Of a stretch of DNA of 64,000 nt, positions 13,601 to 28,741 are shown piece by piece. Location of the stretch: NCBI GenBank assembly GCA_024704765.1, contig JAKMXF010000011.1:248001-312000 (forward strand). Reading direction: 5' to 3'. The position numbers and the translations under genes were made by a program. Position 1 is the first letter of the stretch. Each line of letters opens with the position of its first letter. Origin of the DNA: Oopsacas minuta. Its lineage: Eukaryota; Animalia; Porifera. The notes beneath the pieces were generated by a model, which searched no databases, had not been told where the DNA came from, and was given only the letters and a program-made list of their open reading frames with translations.

Positions 13601-16600
13601 CTAAAACAAATAATAGTAATGACCAAAAATAATAAATGAGATAGAAAACACACACAAAATAACAATCTATGAAAGAAACATAAAAAGGGTACCACACTTA
13701 ATCTGTATATTTGGCTATATACTATAATCGTATGTTTAGAATTAATTGATGAAATAGATTACCCCAAGGACTGATCATAAGCAAATATGACTATATATGG
13801 GATTGAATAGACAGGTTCGAGTAGTTGGAGAGGTTCACAGCAATGACGATATAATAACTGAATTGTCAATTCGTGTATATGAAAATCACTCAGTATTTAC
13901 TGCTCACGCTATTGTTATATATCAATATAATAACATTCAAAGACATTATTGTTCTGATTTGATTGAGGAACTTGCAACAGATATTAACTGGAAATTTAAC
14001 ATATGTTTAGAACAGGCAGAAACTCAAAAACTTGGTTTTCGGTCTATAGCTTATTGCTGTGCCGAATATACTGTAGTAAAAGGGGGTGAAATGGCTGACT
14101 ATATTATTACCATTAATACTCTGTATTACTGTGCGACAATACCATTTCAGTGTCAAGTCCACAGCTAAAACTAACGAGAGCAACGGTGTTATATGATCAA
14201 ATAAATGTCTTCCTTCAGGTGTGAATTAGTTAGACGCCAGTGCCAATATTTCACTGAAGTTAAACATTGGTTTGTTGCCCAGGAAAAAATATGAAATGAA
14301 AATACCAAAGTTTTACATCATTTGAAGAGAAAAGTATTTGCAAAGAACAAACTCCAAAAAAGTATACATAAAAACTATTGTGGCAGCAAAGAATTTGAAC
14401 AAAAAGTAAAGAAATATTACTATATTGTTCAGGCTAGTCTAAAATTTATAGACTGAATCGTAAATATTAGGCTTCAATAAGTAAGGTATATAATATGGAT
14501 TCATCGAATTCCCAAATAACCTTGGAATAATCTATCAATAATAAATATCATAACAAAAGTTTCGAGATTCCTAGACATGTAATACGTTCAAATGGATCAC
14601 ATACAACGAGTTATACACATTCTTATGGTGCGCTTCTACACATTGATAATCGATCGGAGGCCAAGTGCCACAATTTGGTATCAACAAAATTCTCTCTGGC
14701 GTTCAGCAAAAGATTGTGAAAGGAAAGGTACCGATTTTCAAACCTCCCTAAAGAAAAATAATTCTACACGTTTGTACACTTCTAGAATGTATATATTGGT
14801 TAAAGTTGATTTGCAAAATAAATAAATATATTCATTTTATAGCACCATGGGACTGCCAATAATCTTATAGTTCTTGTTTAGAAGATGGGTCCTTGAATTG
14901 CTGGATAATATGGACGAATTGAAATTCAAAGTTAGCAATTGGAATAATTGTTGTATAGAATCCTACCAAAATCTATATTATCAAATCTCAAATGTTGTCG
15001 GTTTGTTTGTCCGTTGTCAAGGAAAGGATTTATGGTATACAATTCTTAAATTGTCACATAACTAATTGTTTATCGTGTTTATTATGGAACTAAAGAGACT
15101 TGAAAGAAAATTCACTAAATTTATCGAACATGCTGAATCCGATTTTCACACTTATGGATTAATCATGTAAATTTATTGTTGTTTTTATGAATAAAAGGTA
15201 AACACATTTGAAAATCGTTGTAAAACATGCTTTCAATGGTTATACTGAAGGAATAGAGTATGCTGAGTTCAAATATGATACTGTAAAATCATTTTGTGAA
15301 TATTTGTCTACATTTATGTACATAAAGTAAAAAATTCTAATATTGAGGTAGAATCATACTCTCAACGACTATGCTGGGATAATCGAGTATGCTGGGTCCG
15401 AATATGGGATTAATAGTTTGTTTGTCCCTTGATATGTAAATTTATTGTAGTTTTTATGAATATATAGTAAACAAATTACCAAAAACTTAAAATTTACGTA
15501 GTTCCTGCTCACAACGACTACAAAGGGGGATGGTCTTACAAGAGATTTCAATAACATATTTGCCATATACGTATATTTGTGAGTTACATTGTTCTAAATA
15601 TATCTACATTATGATACTCAAATGGACCGTTTAATTTGGAGGATAATGGATACCTCGACGCGCAATGTGCCGAGTTCATCGCGAAGCGACGAGTCAAGGG
15701 CTCGTCAGAATGAAACTATAATAACATTATTTTCTACTAAATATTTACCATATATTAGTCGTAGAAGATCAGTATAAAGATAAATAGGGAAATTCATAAT
15801 TTTGGAATTGTCATGCTAAAATATCTTCCTGTATTCGCTTGTTTTAATAACATTACTTCAACCGATCTGTGTACAGCAAAACTATTTATGAACTAGATAA
15901 GTACATTAAATCGTATATGGATTATATAATGGAAGAAAGTCTCTATTAATTGAGTGTTTATGGAATTTTACAAACTTTGTCAAGAGTCAATAAATACGTT
16001 TACGATTGCATAATATCAAAATTGGTTTTGATACTTTTTGCACGCTCCAGAATTACTTAGAATTGTTAACAACAATGTAAGTATTCACTCTACAGATTTA
16101 TTCGCAACGTATTAGAAAAACAAATTGTTAATTAAACTAGAGTTAATATTTATCACATATTGTTTTATCAAAATTATCCTTGTGTATAACTTAGTATAAG
16201 TAAGAATAACTATATTTACGTATATACAAGAAAATATACATACACTGTTTTGATTTATCACTCAACAATTCTTAATTACTATGCACTATTCTCATGTATA
16301 ACATGGGTAAAAGAGCCAAGCTGAAATAAAGAATGATTTCGCAACCTCTGTATCTCACAGCAATATCCTTACTTCTCAAGATTAAACCCTGCAGCAAACA
16401 AATGATTAATAGGAAATACAAATTGTCATTTTTCTACAGTATGTGTGTCTAGTCAGGAAGGTACACCTAAACCTAAGAGATACTGTGACAACGACACGAT
16501 CAAATTGCATAAGGATCAAACCCCACTTCCAGCAATCTTGCCTTGTTGTTAAAATCTATCCTTACATCAATTAAATAGATTGCGCTTAAATGTGATGATG

Positions 16601-17271
16601 GGATACGCATTTATGCGTTTTGCGTTTGGGCAACAAAATATTGTCGTCTGCCTCTACAGATTTAACATATTTGAGAAGGGGGAGGATGGGACGATTATTG
16701 AAAAGGTAAACATCATTAAATAAACACCAAAAATCAGTGCTCATATTAATACTCAATTTACACTTAAAGTAAGTTGATATTTCGCTATGCAATGAAATAC
16801 ATTTAATTTCATTGAGTATTAAGCAAAAGAAACTCCTTTATACAGCTAGAATTAGATCGGTCGAAAATATCATATTGGTTGACAACAACTTGAGATTGTA
16901 GTGACACAAGAATCGCGTAGCAGAGTGAGCAAAATTTGATTCCATACGATTTCCGGACAGTCAAGTATTGGTTTGAGATGAAACTGTAAAGAGAAAGATT
17001 TTGGTAATCTATGAAGCATAAGACGTCTAATTGGAAGGCAGATAAATATAACTATAGATAGATATAAATAATTATATATCCTATCAAATTTTTAAATATA
17101 CGTAGTTTGTAGCTAAACCAAATACTATCGTGAAAATGTGTCGCTTTATGAAGTCAAAAGGGGCTGAAATCTTGATTTGGGCAGAGAAATTGGTTAAAAC
17201 GAAGTGGTAAACACATCGTGCTCATTTTCGTTACACGAACGTAACACTTCGGCTGAAATCGGTTAAATGCT

Positions 17272-17950
17272 GCGCCGTATTCACTAAGATTTAAGTTCGT
17301 ACTTAAGTTCGTGGTAGTGGTTTAGAATAATATATACAACGCTATGATACCAAAAAGAAACTTAGTTTCCATTTTTTGAAGTATATTATATATTCTCTTA
17401 AATAATTAGAAAATTATCGAACGATGCCTATAATTGGCATATTATTATTTTGATTCCTGCAATGCTAAGATTTAAATGGAATATACAAATGAATACATCA
17501 TTATTATAAATATTTTAATGAAATTAATATTCTTTTAGTGATTATTTTCAAAATACGTGGTATCAATTCTTCATTTAAATTCAGCAACAAGGATTCTATA
17601 AATATTAGTAAATATGTATAGAATTCTTACAACCAAATGCAGTTACATACATCCAAATCAGAAATCAATATTTTATGATTATATAATGCAAAATATTGGG
17701 AATTATTTCAATCCTGGGTCACAATATTATCTAAGGTTCGCGGAATAAAAGGATTAATAACTAAATAAATAAAAAAACTAAGATGGGTTGCTTATGCGAT
17801 AGTGATAATAATCAATGATACCTGAATATACTCAAACAATTCGTGTCTATAAAATGCTCTATCAATCATAATAGTAAAAGTTAGTACCTAAGTTCGAAAT
17901 TAGTAATTCTGTTCGAATCTAGTGATTAACTTCTTAATGAATACGGAGGC
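17272..17950. mobile_element. Possible Harbinger-like MITE
   Basis: Imperfect inverted ends CCGTATTCACTAAGA / CCGTATTCATTAAGA. No clean TSD identified. Confidence 0.35.
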
Positions 17951-20900
17951 TAGTGTCTATGTATATATTTCTGATAATCGAGTGGTAAATTCATGTTCCA
18001 TAAATAAAAAACGAGATAATACGCATCCTTGGGCAATGTATATTTCAGAGTTTGTTAAATGATGAATTCTGAATCCAGTGGGGAAACGATGATAGGAAGT
18101 ATACATTCATCATTATGGAACTAACAAGTGAAATAACGAGATGTGAGCAAATAAAATTAAAAATATGATCTGATATACTATATATTAACTCGAATTACAT
18201 TAAAATAATCTCCAAATAGGTAAGCATCTATTCAGATTACTGCTCCAACGATTTTGAGGCAAAGAGATATTTCGAAAGTAAGAAATGATGAATGTAAAAC
18301 TACTACATTTGAAGTGGCGCGTCATGCAAAGAAAATGTTGTGTAATGTATCATGATCTAAGTTGACCAGTACCGATAATATTTCGCCGATTATTAGTGGT
18401 AGAAGTCGTGGTAGCATTAAGTCCCGCGAAAAATAGTGAAGAACTGAAGGAACAGTATTATATGAATATACGTATATATTGATACTGTTAAGGCCGCTGG
18501 AGAAACTCACACTGAAAGAAAGTCTCCTCACAATTAGAATGTTGAAATTCTATTGCATCCAGTTCTTTTAGAAATAGAAATGAATGACACAGAGTTAAAA
18601 GAGCTTGGCACATTTAACGGAGGAGATAGTAGGATTGTAGACATCGTAGGTGAAAAAAGGTTATGGTTTGCAAGATGTGCAAGAGAAGGAATAGGTCCAA
18701 CAATTGATGAGCTGAGAAAACAATTGAAGGAATAGCACATAATGAATTACGAAATCGCCCAACAGCTTTAGTAACTGAAGGGGTCTGTCACACAAAGATC
18801 ATGGATTATTAATAGCCTATCAAACCGTTATTAATATTTCTTCGATAAATTTGACATAATTAAGTGCTTACGGAAGTAATACTAACATTGTTGTAAAGAT
18901 TTCCTCTTGGTAATGTAAATTAATAACGAACCTTCATTTCCCAATAAATTATCAAACACATTATCTAGTAAATTGATCAATACTCTTATAACTACGTAAA
19001 AGTAAATAGTATGCGATGATTAGAAATAGGCATGCAAGTTAGTTTGGAAAGAGGGTTGTCTCTTGACTTTTGAGAATCGCAACGGTTTGACTATATTCAA
19101 ATAATATGTTTTACCCAGAAGTAAGTTTCTTTACAGTACTTTAAAATGTCAAAACACGTATTACAAGAATTCATGAAAATTTGATATTTTCATTTATTGA
19201 CGTGGCTCGGAGGCAAAATGAACCATTAACTTAATTCGGGAACTAATCAGCGTCCGCTATATAGAGTTTGCTTCTCTATTAGATAGATGCTAAATCCAAT
19301 CCGTGCAGCGAGGGTTGTTCGCTAAAGGGAAGAGCCGTTATGGGAGGCTCCACGTCCATAATAATGCTAATTAGGGAATTGGTGGCTGATTAGAAAATGT
19401 TTAAGAACTTTCTATGTTATAGAATCAGCTGCACATTTTTGCCTGAATAAATTTAACCTATAATTCGAGAATAAATGATTATACAGTGGCTCAAAATGGC
19501 AAAATTGGCGGATAAGGTATTTCGGGGTGTGCTAGCTTTGCATAATGTATTATTTATATATGGGTTATCGACCCAAACTGGTTGATTAAACCTATCAGAT
19601 TTTATATATGGCTTCGAATGTTTCTGAAATGACGTCATGCCACCTTCATACTATATATGGTCAATGTTATTTTTCGTAATTTTTAAGTAATAAATATAGA
19701 ATTATGTAAATTATGTTACCATATTTATTTAATATGTTTACATATACTAAATAACAAATTGATATACTATACTAAGAGCATGAGCTAAGTATTAACGTCT
19801 CCACCATTATTTCTTGTTCAGATAGTTAATTAGTTTCATTTCGACCTCTGATATTTCCCGATATTGAGCAAGGATAGGATCACTCTGATTCAAGAGTCTA
19901 ACGAAGATGTCACTTACATTGTCTTCAAAGGAACATTTACGAGTAAGCTTCTCCCTTTATCTTCTTATATGTTTATTTACGGAATCCAGGCATTCTTCAT
20001 ATGAAGTCTTCAATCCGAAACCGTCATTTAAATCAGAGATTAATTCTGAAGAATGTGCAAGTAATTTATGGAGAGATGGTATTATGTTTGCCCAAGGAAA
20101 TTTACAAAGTATTTCCTCATAAGTATCTTTGCAAATGCACTAGAGTTTACAAGTGTCTATCCCTTTATGAGAATTGTAGACCCCGAAATATTACTGAGAG
20201 GTTTGTGTGATTAGTGCTAAGAGCAAGTCGGTCTTCTTCAATCATCATGGATGTAGTACAAGCAATAAAATATTTTTCATTGAGAAAACATTCTCTTCAA
20301 ATATTTCCTGTGGTAGTGGAACTGTCATCATTGGATGGATAATCTATTCAAAACCCAGTCTCCTCAAGCAAGAGATTACGCATTCGATGCATTGAAGTTG
20401 TAACTTGATGATGTGAAGGCAGCCATTTTTTTATTCTGCCATCCAGATGATTATCAATAGCATAAGTCAGCTAAAGACACAGAAATACTATGAAGAGGGC
20501 ATGGGAGATGAAAAATTTCATCAGATATTAAAAAGGGAGGCAGGATATTTGGTCTTTTTCCATAAATATTTCATAATGTATCATGGAGATGCGCTGATTT
20601 TCAGGATAAAAGTTGTTTCCAGATAAATTATTTGGTATTTCGATTGCATTAGTGAATTTCAATCTTTAGATTAGCTAAATAACAAATATAATATCAGTAT
20701 AAAGTTCCTCTAGAATGGGACTTGGGTCCGAAAATAAACCTAGCATTTTTCCGGTGGTCTCATGGTCACGCTCGCTACGTTTCGCTGAGTAAAATCTTGA
20801 GGCAAAATCTTCTCTAACTGTTTCAGTCATAAAACAATGCGGCCGCGAGTGGCCTGGAAAAAAGTTTGGACCAAATTTCTCATTCTTTCATTCTAATATA

Positions 20901-21229
20901 TTCTATATTTAGTACTTAGATTATAATGGTCTTTGTAAAATATTTTGTAACAGAAGGTACCCAAACCATTTCTATGATTATAGAAAAGCAATATTGATTA
21001 CAAAATATACAAACGTGTATGTCAAACTTCCAACTAACTCTTGGAAAATGACTTTGAAAGTAGCTATAATTAGAATGAATAACATTATTCAATATCATGA
21101 GAATATTCACTTCACTATCTGCTCATAGCAGTCATGAGCAAGCTAAAATTCTGTAACTAAATACACAATTATAAGTTTTCAACTATAATGAATTCAGAAA
21201 TACGACTTTCTTAGAGCTTTGAACATGAA

Positions 21230-21265
21230 AATTTTTACCCTAATCAGCCATGTTTTCCCACTGTG
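21230..21265 (-). repeat. Orphan Transib-type terminus
   Basis: The minus strand reads CACAGTG-GGAAAACATGGCTG(14)-ATTAGGGTAAAA, the same layout as the end at 118 (CACAGTG-14 bp-ATTAGGCCAAA). The partner end was not found. Confidence 0.5.
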
Positions 21266-21384
21266 CAAACCCCGCTATTCTACTCCTGATTTTTGCACAA
21301 CTTCCCGATTTCATTTTTTCAAATTTACCCGTTTTCAGCGAATTTTAAATGTTTTAGAAATCCGATAGTCCATTGTAACTAGGG

Positions 21385-21738
21385 CCAACCTGATACTGCT
21401 ATCAGAAAGTGGCCATACTAAGAGGGAGATAGCTAAAATGGTTGGTTACAACCAAAAAATTCAGCCAAGATCCTGAAGAAACACAGGCTGATTGGATCTG
21501 TAAGAGACTTCACATTTCGTGTAGGCTTCATCTCACAACCAAAAGGAAAGACAACTTATTAGCCAGAAAATGGGAAAAGGATCGATTATAGACTGCTACT
21601 CAGATCAAAGCTGAAGTATTATCAGAATGCTCGATAAAAACTTCCACTTCAACAGTCCAGAGAAGAATACGATTGGCTGGAATGCTCGGACGGAAACCCA
21701 AAGGAACCCCGCCTTACTACAAAGCACAAGAGAGACTG
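21385..21738 (+). pseudogene. 5' fragment of a Tc1 transposase of the same family as 7431-8764
   Basis: Colinear nucleotide similarity to ~7690-8035 (CCAACCTGATACT...AGAAAGTGGCCATACT...CAGATCAAAGCTGAAGT). Confidence 0.85.
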
Positions 21739-21740
21739 TA

Positions 21741-23046
21741 CAGGGTGGCCCTGAAATCCTGCCCCATCGATAAAGTGGAATAACTTGCCTAAATTGGATG
21801 CTATAGGCTGGCAATTTTTACTCGTCTTACAGAATGCTACCAGAAATAAAAATATTTTTACTACTCAATATAACCTCCTCGTTTTTAACTACGGCTCTCA
21901 ATTGTCCAGAAAACGCACCAACCGCGGCACGAATGCTTTCCTGAGGTATTTTGTTCCACTCCCTTGTCAAAGACCGCTTCAAACACTCGGCAGAGGTATG
22001 AGACTTGGCGCAAGCATTGGCCTCCAGGATGGACCAGATTGCAAAGTCCATCGGGTTCAGGTCTGGACTATAGGGAGGCCATTCTGTCTTCTGAAAAATC
22101 CTGAAAAATTGAGTTGGAGCCCGATTTGAGTACTATTGGCAGTATGAGCTGGTGCTCCATCCTGCTGGAATATAAACGGTTCTCCATTTAACATTGTTTG
22201 ACCTAGATTCTGTAATACGGGCTCCAAGGTAAACTTCCGATAGGTGGTAGCATCTATTTTTACTCCAGGGGGGACAAATATCAATGGTATCCGACCAGTT
22301 GTCAAGACACCAGCCCATACCATTACAGTTTGAGGTTTCTGTATGCGACGCACATATCGATACTTTTCTGGGATACTAGAATGTGTTGCCGATATAATCC
22401 TGTCATTTTGAGCGTTCGTAACTTCCTGAATAGTTAATATCTTCTCATCGGAAAACCGAATCGTTTCGAGACCGTGATTCGCGTGCCGCTCAAACAACCC
22501 TTCACATCTAGACTATCGTTTTGCTTAACTTGATCTGTTAGATGATGGACCTTTTCTTTTGAAGGAATACATTCCCAGCTTAGTATTCACGACGTTTTGT
22601 ATGGAATGACGTGACATCTGAAGATCTACAGCCATCTTCCTCATGGATCGCCGCGGGTTAACTCGGATTCGCTCCCGTACCCTCTTGACAAGCCTGGGAG
22701 TCGTGACTGAGGAAGGACGACCGGATCTAGCCTTGTCATTTACTCCCCATGTTTGCTTGTACCTCTGAATCTTCCAATATACAAACTTCCGTCGACTCCT
22801 GGGTATATTGAGCAACTTTAAAATTTCTCCTGGAGCCTTACCATATTCAAATAGACAATAATTCCTGCTCTCTCGACTTCCATTAGCTTAACTAAGTGCT
22901 AGAGGAAGTGAACCAGGAATATACTTAGTAACATTTGTAATATTGACTCAATTGCTTCGATTACGACATTAAACCGTGTATAGTGATTCTAGTATCTTCA
23001 TTTCCTTGTACATTAAAAGATGGGACAGAACTTTGGGGCCACCCTG
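21741..23046 (-). mobile_element. maT/DD37D-like IS630-Tc1-mariner element, full length, frameshifted
   Basis: TA|CAGGGTGGCCCTGAAATCCTGCCCCATC ... GATGGGACAGAACTTTGGGGCCACCCTG|TA. ORF pieces carry RSGRP, FSDEK, QQDGAPAH and WPPYSPDLNPMDF; spacing is 37 if one base lost near 22085 is restored. Confidence 0.9.
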
Positions 23047-23558
23047 TATAACAATTTGAAGGAGTCGATTCATTAATTGTATTGATAAAGAAATTATGAA
23101 TAAAATTACCTTTATTTCTTCAATCTGATGCTCAGTTGTGGGTATACTTGCGAAATCCTATGGGTTTTCCAATGCTAGTAATATATCTGGATAGTTGCAA
23201 TTCACTGATGCATGTTATATCGATGAGTGTTTTCATTTCATTAATATCATCACAGGTGCTTATAGCAATAGCTTTGTTAAGTGTAGTCCACTAATAATTT
23301 TGTGATTAGTTCTAAACAACCTGGTCAGAGTTTAGTTTATGAAATGTTTGGTGAAATATGTCTGGTTAAGTGGAAATATCTTGAGCCTTTTTATTAGTTG
23401 GGTATTTGAACAAAGAAAGGAATTCGATAATAATGGTATTATCAGCTTACTAAATGTTTCATGGTATCAATAATATGTATGTTTTCAAGTTTGATTATTA
23501 TCGGGTGAAAAAGTCTGATAGTCGTAAAGATAAACAGCCATTTCTTTAGAGCTAGAAC

Positions 23559-23829
23559 CAGGGTCGTAACTACTCTCCTTGCGACACCGCCATTTCGGGG
23601 GAGGGGCCAGGACTGAGGAGGCCCATTACGGGCATTACCCCTTGGATGATAATTCGAAATATCCATTCGAAATCATTCTGATTGTACATTTTAAATACAA
23701 TTCTTCTATTTTCAGCTATTTTGATTCTCATTTATTTTGAGATAATTCATTATTTAGAAATATATTTGTTTAAGAGGGGCCTCCAACCTGATTAGGCGGG
23801 GGAGGCCAGAAAAAGTAGTTACGTCCCTG
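23559..23829. mobile_element. hAT-type MITE (271 bp)
   Basis: 16-bp TIR CAGGG(T/A)CGTAACTACT; flanks GCTAGAAC / GCTAGATT (6 of 8 match). Confidence 0.8.
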
Positions 23830-25349
23830 GCTAGATTAGAGTGTATTTTCCCTAATTGTAGAGCATATGTAATTTATATTGAGGACGAGAGTTAGGTAAA
23901 TAATCATGTAGTGGTCAGGTCTTATTCCTAAGGATCACCTCAACTCATCATATAGATGGTACAAGTGCTTATAGTCGTATTTTATCTTGTAGCGAGCGCA
24001 GAAACATGGGAAAATTGTTAGATAATTATTCTGTGAGCAAAATATTTAATAATCTTTAGTGATAAATGGTAGAATAGTTCTGAATAGTATCTCTAAATTT
24101 GACGATTTGACTTCCTATAAGTACTAATGATCTAAGCAAGTGTTGTATAGCCTTATGAGTATAGTCTAAAAAATAATTACCATACTAAAACGCAATAATT
24201 ATGCTGAAGCAACTGAGTAAAATTGAGAAGACAAATTAAATATTATAAATCAAATAAACGTACTAGCAACCCCCTGTAGTTTTTAAGGAAATTGAATTAA
24301 AAGAAACGAAAGAATGTATATATAAAAATTGAATGGGTTCTGAAGAAAAATAACATCAAGAATTGACCCCAAAGTTGGAATTCGTAATATAGAAAACCTG
24401 AGACTTTATCGATTTTTACATGCCGTTATTGGTGATAATTTTTAGTGTTTCACGAAAATATCGATGTTGTTATTAACGTCTGTATCTCAACAATGAATAA
24501 GCATTAAAATGATTGAAATTCAGTCAGATTTGGGGTAAGAAGCATGAATTTGAACTGACCCTATATTATGTAGAATATGATTAATACTCTAACACTCTCA
24601 CTCCCCGACATAAAAATTGAATTCCTCTAGCTCAATGAGTTGTTATTATTGTTTAATGAAATATAATTTCGTAAACGTCCATATAACCGAAGTATGCATA
24701 TAGAATTCAGAAACGAATCCTGACTTTTAGGTAGGTAAATTCAAGGGGACGTGACTCTAAAATTGTGCATAAAAGGTAACAAAAAGGAAATTTTTTAAAA
24801 TAAAAACATATTATGTAAAATTTTCAATTCTTATATTTGCAATGATACCAATTTCGTTTAGATCTGATGAGTATAAGTGAGTCAAATTAGTGACTGGAGT
24901 GACCCTAGTCGAATAGCGTGCTAACTTCTTTGTTGAATTTTTCAAAATAAAATATTTCCAAAACAAATACATATTCTTAAAAGAAATTTAAAGACATAAT
25001 CCACCAACCATCAATAGTATGTAGAAGAAAACATATATCAAAACTACTGAGAAGCCACTCAAATAGCACATTATAGTTGACTTCAAACCTAATGCTAAGC
25101 CACCACACATATTTTACAATTCTGGTGACATTTCGTAATCCACCAACGCTATACTTTCAAGCAATAACAGGTATTTTTCTATAGATATACGAGAAAGTCG
25201 GTTAAATTAACGATTGACTGAACACGTTTTTACAATTTGAATTGGCTGCAACATGAGTTGCTACAACCCTGGTTCGTATGAATACATCAAGTCACGAAGC
25301 CTTTAGTAAGCGTAAGTTTGGAGCATAGTCTACTCTATGTATCATTTCA

Positions 25350-25610
25350 TAAGCTCACTTTGAAATGAAAGATGCAGTATTTACAAATCTACAAGGCAAC
25401 AAAGAATTGCATATTAAACAAATGTATAATTACTAGACACATATTTTCACACATTCATGAATTTTTAGCATAGGTATAATGGTTGATAGTATATTGTTCT
25501 ACAAATATCCAATACATTTATTTGGGAAAAATGCACCATTTCTGAAAATTAGAATTTCCACCTAATGCCTTCATCTCCGACCGCATCCCTGGTCCAAAAT
25601 TCACTAGATT
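25350..25610 (+). repeat. Diverged direct repeat, copy 1 (copy 2 at ~27010-27255)
   Basis: Shared blocks TGAAAGATGCA.TATTTA, CACACATTC, TTCTACAAATAT.CAAT.CATTTATT and CCGACCGCATCC.TGGTCCAAAATTCAC occur in the same order. Confidence 0.75.
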
Positions 25611-25949
25611 GTGTTCAATAGATACTTTCTTGCAAAATGTCAAAAATTTCTCATGATAAATATGCCTCGTTCTTGAGTTACTGGAAATACAATGGATGAT
25701 ACATTTATATCAATATCCAATCAGAATTCGATAATATTGAAAGTAATGGTCAATTCCGTATAGCATATTTGGAGTAAATAACCACTCCCCATACCCTTGT
25801 AATATTCTCTGATGTTACATCTCTGAATATTATAGCTTAATGTTAAAAATGACCAAATACGGGTATATTCACGATTAAGTCAAATAGGTTATAGTTATCA
25901 CATTAAAATGTATTACAAGAATATGGGAAGCCTAGTACATACTATATAC

Positions 25950-26168
25950 TGTGACCACCCACCTTGCCGAATGTCATCATGCCGAATGCCAGATTTCTCG
26001 AAAAAAGTGACAATGAGAAAAATGTTCAACTCAATTCAAGAATCTTGTAATTAGTAGATCAATATAATATTACATTAATTTACCTAAGTCGCAATAAAGT
26101 CAAGTAATCGTTGTTAATTCGGCAGATGGCATTCAGAATGATGGAATTCGGCAAGATGTCCTAGTACC
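25950..26168. mobile_element. Small foldback/MITE with TTGCCGAA subterminal motifs
   Basis: 25963-25991 (CTTGCCGAATGTCATCATGCCGAATGCCA) is an imperfect inverted repeat of 26127-26155. Confidence 0.55.
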
Positions 26169-27009
26169 CTATACATTGGCTATATTTAACGATTATGGAA
26201 ATCTAATAGGATATTAAGGAGTCTTCAGATGAAATTATGACATTTTATCATTGAAACTACAAGTTCCGAGTTATGATGCAATAATAATGTGCAGATATCT
26301 TGTGGCCCTGGATAGTTTTGGAAATTTCATTTCCAGACAAAAATAAGGGCCATTGTTATGTTCTACGAGATAATACATTGAGTATTCAAAGTTTGACCCT
26401 TATTTTCTCAAAATATGAAAGGTCGATGAAGCCTGAAGTTAAGTTTCCAGAAATATTTTAGCTTAATGTTTAAAATTTTTATAGGATAATATAGATAGTT
26501 AAATCTAACCTATCGACTAGCACTAGAGCAATATATCAAATATTCATAAAATTACTAGCGTGTAAGGTCTTAGGGACCGCAGGTTTAGAGTATTGTGAGG
26601 TTTGTCCAATTGAAAACTTTATTTCTTTGAACTGTTGAGTACTCATGCCTGATTCAAGTCATAAGGTTAATACTAGCTTAGTTGATTATACAGGAAAAGT
26701 AATATATCTACTATATTAATCAAGAAAACTCTTCCCAATATACGATTCTCTATGTTATGCCTATGGGAAGCCGTAGGCTGGTTTTATAAATGCAGTTGCA
26801 AATATCACTTACAATATACTTGAAATACGATTTAAGTATGCTCAATCCGGCCCACTTAGGAGACATAAACGTGTACATATGTTAAAACCTTTTGAATAGG
26901 GCCATACCTTAGTACATTATTCATCCGAAGACTCCCTAATAAAAATATGGCATCCATGGCATCTCCAGTAACTCAGGACAAGCTAACTTTATAATGGCAA
27001 TGCTTTTAT

Positions 27010-27255
27010 ATTTGAATTGAAAGATGCAATATTTATCATACTACCAGGCATCAAAAAATGGCGTAATTTAATAAATAAATGCGTAATAGACACATACATT
27101 CACACATTCCTAAATTTTAAGCATATAATGATTGATATAGTCTTCTACAAATATTCAATGCATTTATTAGGGTAAAAATACAGCGTTCTGCAATATTGAA
27201 TATAACGTCAAATAACTTGTTGTCCGACCGCATCCATGGTCCAAAATTCACAAGA
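27010..27255 (+). repeat. Diverged direct repeat, copy 2
   Basis: Shares the same ordered sequence blocks with 25350-25610. Confidence 0.75.
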
Positions 27256-28741
27256 GTTTGGCAGGCCTTATATTAAAGTAGGCTATGGTTGAAGCTAGAA
27301 TTACAAGTGTAAGTCTAAAAAACACTAATGAGCAAGAGTAAATATCTAAAAGTTAGCATTTGGTAATTACGTATTGTTTCTGTCTTTCCGTATCCCGCGA
27401 ATTCTTTTCTTGGATAAGATTGAGTTAATTAATCCTTTCCTCCAATAGATGTGCAAAGTTTTTCGCGGTTCTCGGATTTAGATAATTCTTTTGCGAAGTT
27501 TCGTTTTTCAGTGAGCTTTTGTCCTTTAGCAAAATATCGTCCGTTTATATTCATACATTGAAAATTGACTGCTAATATTTGAATGATACCCTGAACTAGT
27601 TAGTGGTTCCTTTACTGTACTTTGCCTCAGTAATGCTTGAAATATAGAACACATCAACAAGTACTTTTCATCAGATTAAATATTGGGACACCACAATTTT
27701 AACGGTTGAGCCGGAATTATCTCCAATAATTTCTGGCGGAATTTCAATAAAACTCGAAATTGTACATGGAAAATAGGCGATGTGATAGCTGAGAAAATGG
27801 GTACATCTTAATTCTAAGAGGATGAAACCAATATCCAAGGGATATTTATTATCTGCAAAACTAGAGCCAATAAACCAAACCTTTTGTGATGTCTGGATTC
27901 GGTACCCCCAAAATAACCCAAAACACTCTGAGCAACTTTCCAAAAATAAGCATTGGTCGAGCAGTGGTATATATCAAGGCCCACTTTTCAAAACAAATTT
28001 AAACAGGGCCACACCCACTATAATTTATATACATACAAATATATAATTAATTTCCTCAAGCGAATTCAATACAAAAATACACATACATCAAGTATACACT
28101 ATTGGCTAATCAAATTCAAAAAATAGAGCACTAATATTATGTATTTAAAATATCCATCCAGATTTGTTTGCACTTAAAGGCATAATATTTTTAAGTAGAA
28201 TGTTCTTATTAGATAATTAATACCACTGCTCAACAATTTTTTTTCTTTTTTGTTGCATGAGATTTTTAACTGATTCTATATAATTTTGAGATGCTGATTT
28301 CAAATCTGCAATCAGTTTCTTTCTGCATGCTCTAGTTTTCATGCAATCGACAATTAAAATTTGTTCGTTTGTGGTACTTATTTAGTACATAAATCTGGGG
28401 CCTTATTAACTAAAATTCTAAGAATAATTCTAAGAATTCATGAAATATTCTTAGTTTTCGTTAAGAATTCTTAACTTGGCTATACTTAACGGATTCTTAG
28501 AATAATTCTTAGAATTGTGTAATTCTAAGAATAATTCTTAGAATTAAGCAATTCTAAGAATAATTCTTAGAATTGGGTAATTCTACTTGATTGATTCTTG
28601 CTATTGATTAATAAAATTTATGCCAATTCATTCGACTTCAATCGCTTTTTGAGAAGATATGCGCATAGTATACAATAAATTGCCCCACCCAATAGAAAAG
28701 GATATTCATTGCATTTCTCATGTGTACTATTGTATAAACTC

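Noticed and set aside
20581-20600. HGDA-encoding sequence as the next OGDH exon (ThDP-binding motif)
   Set aside because: It is on the plus strand, lies inside the defined intron, and lacks the flanking AFAGQG context.
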